The notes under the pieces: model-generated
Seen by the model: only the letters and a program-made list of their open reading frames with translations
The model's database searches: none
What the model was told of the DNA's origin: nothing
In this document: positions 60,592 through 64,000 of the stretch, in pieces
Numbering within the stretch: the first letter of the stretch is position 1
Layout of the letters: each line of letters opens with the position of its first letter
Source of the DNA: Mobula hypostoma
Taxonomy: Eukaryota
Reading direction: 5' to 3'
Length of the DNA: 64,000 bases
NCBI RefSeq assembly: GCF_963921235.1
Contig: NC_086109.1
Coordinates: 21,268,001 to 21,332,000, forward strand
Made by a program: the position numbers and the translations under genes

Positions 60592-61440
60592 ACCACACAC
60601 AACATGCCAGAGGAACTAAACAAGTCAGGCAGCATCTATGGAGGGGAATAAACAATCAATGTTTGGGCTGACACGCTTCATCATCACGACAGGAAGGGGG
60701 CAGAAGCCTGAGTATGAAGTTGAGGGGAGGGAAGGAGAATGAGCAGGCAGGTGATAGGTGAGACCAGGTGAGGGGGAAGGGGGATAAAGTAAGAAGCTGA
60801 GAGCGAATAGGTGGAAGAGATAAAGGGCTGAAGAAGAAAGAATCTGATAGGAGGCAGCGGTGGACCATGGAAAAAAGGGAAGGAGGAGGGGAACCAGAGG
60901 GAAATGATGGGCAAGTGAGAAGAAGGGGTGAGAGTGTAGGGCTCAGAGGGAAATAGATAAGGAGAGATGGAGGGAGAGGGGAGTTGGAGAAATCGATGTT
61001 CAAGCCAGATGTTGGAGGCTACCCAGATGGAATATGAGGTGTTGTTCCTCCAACCTGAGTTTGGCCTCATTATGGCAGTAGGGGAGGCCATGGACTGACA
61101 TGCCAGAATGGGAATGGGAAGTCAGGTTGAAAAGGGTGGCTACTAGGAGATACTGCCTTTTGCAGTGGACAGAGTAAAGGACAGAGCAGCCTGCTTGAAG
61201 AAGCAGTCCCCCAGCCTGCGTTGGGTCTCACCAATGCAGATGAGGACTGCACCCGGAGCTCTGGATATAATAGATGACCCCAACAAACTCATAGCTGAAG
61301 TGTCACCTCATCTGGAAGGACTGTTTCAGGCCCTGAATGATGGTGAAGGAGGAAGAGCAGGCATAGCACTGGTCTCCCTTACAGGGATAAGCGCCATGAG
61401 GGAGAACAGTGGGGAGGGTGAGTGGACAAGGGAATCACAT
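60592..61440 (-). mobile_element. Penelope GIY-YIG fragment plus pLTR
   Basis: Reverse complement of the 18595-19516 type sequence (CIGETQRRLGDCF, RLEEQHLIFHLGSLQ), with a degenerate hammerhead motif at about 60652-60690. Confidence 0.85.
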
Positions 61441-62268
61441 TCAGAGATAGAGCTTTTCCCTTTGAAGAAAAGGAGGATGAGTCATGACTATATTTTGTAA
61501 AGAGACATGGATGAGATGGACAGTATCTTTATCCCAGGGCAGCAATGGCTAATACAAAAGGATATACTTTTAAGGGGATTGGAGGAAAGTATAGGAGGAA
61601 TATCAGAGGTAGTTTTTTTTAACACAAAGAGTAGTAAATTCTGGCAGGTGGTTGCAGAGGCAGATTAGTTAGGGACATTTAAGAGACTGGAAATAATCTG
61701 GACATGTAGCTTGGGTGTGGTTGATGCTTGGGCTGAGTTGTTCTCCGAGCTTGGCAATTTACTTGCAAATGTTTCGTCACCATCCGATGAAACATTGTCA
61801 GTGCACAGTTGATTGTGGTGTTTCCTCCAAATGTTTGGCCCTTATATACTTTTCAATTAACTGATTGGTTGTCATTTCAGAAACTCAATTGTGATGTGGG
61901 GAGGGAATCTCACTGCAGATCAGTTGTGTGGCGAACTTTGTGCATTGTGGTCTGGCACATCGCAATTGAGTTTTGGAAATAACGACCAATCAGCTGATTG
62001 AAAAGCATTCGGAGGACAGACCACAATCAATTGTGTACTGACGATGTCCCCTTGTATGATAATAAAACGTTTGCAAGTAAATTGCCAACATCGGAGAACA
62101 ACTCAATCCAACCATTTAAGAGACTCTTAGATAGGAACATGGATGAAAGGGAAATGGAGGGCAGTGTAGGAGAGAAAAGTTTGATTGATCATGGAGTAGA
62201 TTAAAAAGTTTTTGCAACATTGTGGCTGAAGGGCCTGTACTGTGTTGTATTGTTCTATGTTCTATGCT
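61441..62268 (+). mobile_element. CR1 3' fragment interrupted at 61689-62112
   Basis: Same family as about 8870-9270, with (ttctatg)n tail at about 62252-62266. Confidence 0.75.
61689..62112. mobile_element. Palindromic mini-element with a 13-bp TSD, probably derived from a second Penelope pLTR family
   Basis: Arms at about 61730-61897 and 61958-62110 are inverted repeats. CATTTAAGAGACT at 61676-88 and 62113-25. Confidence 0.75.
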
Positions 62269-62485
62269 TTCTGACCCTATCATTGTGTATGAGCCTTCTC
62301 CTTGTTGCTCTTGGCTAATACAGTATATCACGAAGAGGCCAGTCATTCTCCTGGCCTCTTTCACCATTTGTCAGGATCATGGTTGAATCACCCCTCTCTT
62401 AGTTACATCCTGCTTGGAATATTTGTATGAAGGAATTTTGACCAATCCTAGTTCAAAAAAATTTATTTCATAGAATCATAGATAG

Positions 62486-63560
62486 TGTACCGTATAGCCT
62501 ACAGTATAATAAGGGACTACTTTATGTTTTAGTAACACGTCATTGCATGTGCTATTAGGTGCATGTGTGCCGAGTTCGGTTTCTGCCAGTAATGAACCAT
62601 GAACCTTATCTCCCGTCTCCAGCATTTTTATTAATAGCATTTTTATGTAACCAGGCCACATACACAACAATTTGGCGACAAGGTCAATGAACCTACATCA
62701 TATCGGAACACCGTGTATTAACTGATAACGACATTCGGAAGAAGAGCGCAAAGAATGAGCCAAGGGGTGGAAGAAGGAGGCAGAGCGAGGCCGCGAGTCT
62801 GAAGGGAAGCGAGAGCACAGCCATGGTTGGGAACTTTGGGAAACCAAGAGACACAGTCGGAGCCACAGCACGTCCAGCCGAGACCACAGCTGGCGCTGAC
62901 CCCCAGGGGCTGAGGGTCTGCCTGCCCCAGAAGGGAGATAAAAAGGAGTGACACACACACATCTTGTCACATGACCCTGATGACTGTTGGTTTAAAGACA
63001 AAGAATGCAGAAACTGTGGCAAACAGGGCCACACTGGCAGAGTATGCAAAGCTAGAAAACAGCAACAAAAGGACAAACAGAGAAACAAGAAACCCCAGAA
63101 GGGAAAACACAACAATGTACACAAAACGGAAGAAAGCAGTTCTGATGAAAATGACTCAGATGCAAGTGAATTGTCTTGTCTGCAACTTCACAGCATGAAA
63201 GAGACAGATGATCAAAGAGTAATAAGGATCACTCCACAAGTGGCAGGAGTGAGACTGGAAATGGAGTTGGACACAGGCTCAGCTTTAACAGTGATCTCTG
63301 TACACGACTACAAATGACTGTTTTCTCACATACCTCTGAAACGAACTAAACTACTGCTAAAGACTTACACAGGACAGAAAGTGCATTCCAAAGGTAAAAT
63401 TAAAGTGACAGTGACCTACAGAGACAAAACACGGCAGGTGAACCTCTATGTACTGAAAAATGGAGGACCACCATTGCTGGGATGGGAATGGCTCAGGAAG
63501 TCCCAGTTGGATTGGCACACCATCAAGGCACTAGATTTGTCAACAAAGGAGGGCAGCTCA
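62486..63560 (+). mobile_element. Mag-like Gypsy retrotransposon 5' part: short LTR, PBS, deleted gag, protease
   Basis: LTR end tacacaaca at 62669 (start uncertain). PBS TGGCGACAAGG at 62673-83 (tRNA-Ser-like, one mismatch). Knuckles H...DCWFKDKECRNCGKQGHTGRVC. Protease MELDTGSALTVIS...LKTYTG...PPLLGWEWL. One TGA at 63315-17. Confidence 0.85.
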
Positions 63561-63569
63561 GCGGGGAAG

Positions 63570-64000
63570 ATGTCTGCAGCTCTCCTCTCACCCATTGTCG
63601 ACTATTACAACGACGAGGAGGAGCTAGACAGCATCGACGATGAAGACAAATGCAGTATCCGTGGCCGCGACTCAGATGAAGATACAGAGGATGCAAGGGA
63701 GACAGATATTGCCAATAAGCAGGATGATGAAGACTACCTGGAAGTAAAAGAGCAGATGTACCAGGAGAAATGGACATCTCTCAAAAGAGAGCTACAGCAG
63801 TTAACAGGAAGGCACTTTGCAGGAGTATCAGAAAAAGATGAAGAAACTAGATCAACAATACAAGGAAAGAACGAGAAACGCAGAGCTTTTTCTGCAACTG
63901 AAGACAGAACAAGTGGAAAGGAATTATATTAAAGAGGAGAAAGCAGCAGTGAAGGAATTTGAAGATAAAAAGAGTGAGTTAGAAGAAAAGAAAAAGATGA
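63570..64000 (+). pseudogene. SUDS3: Intronless retrocopy of SUDS3 (Sin3/HDAC corepressor subunit), runs off the window end
   Basis: [18 protein letters not shown]...[16 protein letters not shown]...[24 protein letters not shown], then a +1 shift at about 63804, then [63 protein letters not shown]. Matches vertebrate SUDS3 as I recall it. Confidence 0.92.

Noticed and set aside
63570..64000. The functional SUDS3 gene
   Set aside because: It has no introns, carries a +1 frameshift at about 63804 and a short deletion, and is embedded in a retroelement.

Overview
Eukaryotic, vertebrate intergenic or intronic DNA, most likely from a cartilaginous fish. That assignment is inferred from the repeat mix: esterase-ORF1 CR1 LINEs, V-SINE/HE1-type and Deu-type SINEs, Rex1/Babar, Penelope and Tc1. 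The window is dominated by nested transposable elements. These include several CR1 LINEs (one near full length), Rex1/Babar and Tx1 fragments, Penelope-like elements with minimal hammerhead-ribozyme motifs, Tc1/mariner MITEs, five Ty3/Gypsy LTR elements of different lineages (two Sushi/chromovirus-like, one PNMA-gag, one Gmr1/SCAN-gag, one Mag-like) and a solo LTR. I found no intact host gene. The most striking item is at the right end: an intronless copy of the host Sin3/HDAC corepressor gene SUDS3 sits inside a Gypsy element, in the same reading frame as the gag zinc knuckle and protease. Other notable items are a very young Gmr1-like element that keeps a 760-aa Gag-protease ORF but only scraps of IN and RT, and two TSD-flanked palindromic mini-elements built from hammerhead-bearing Penelope pLTRs. 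Family names come from recognising motifs by eye; no database search was run.
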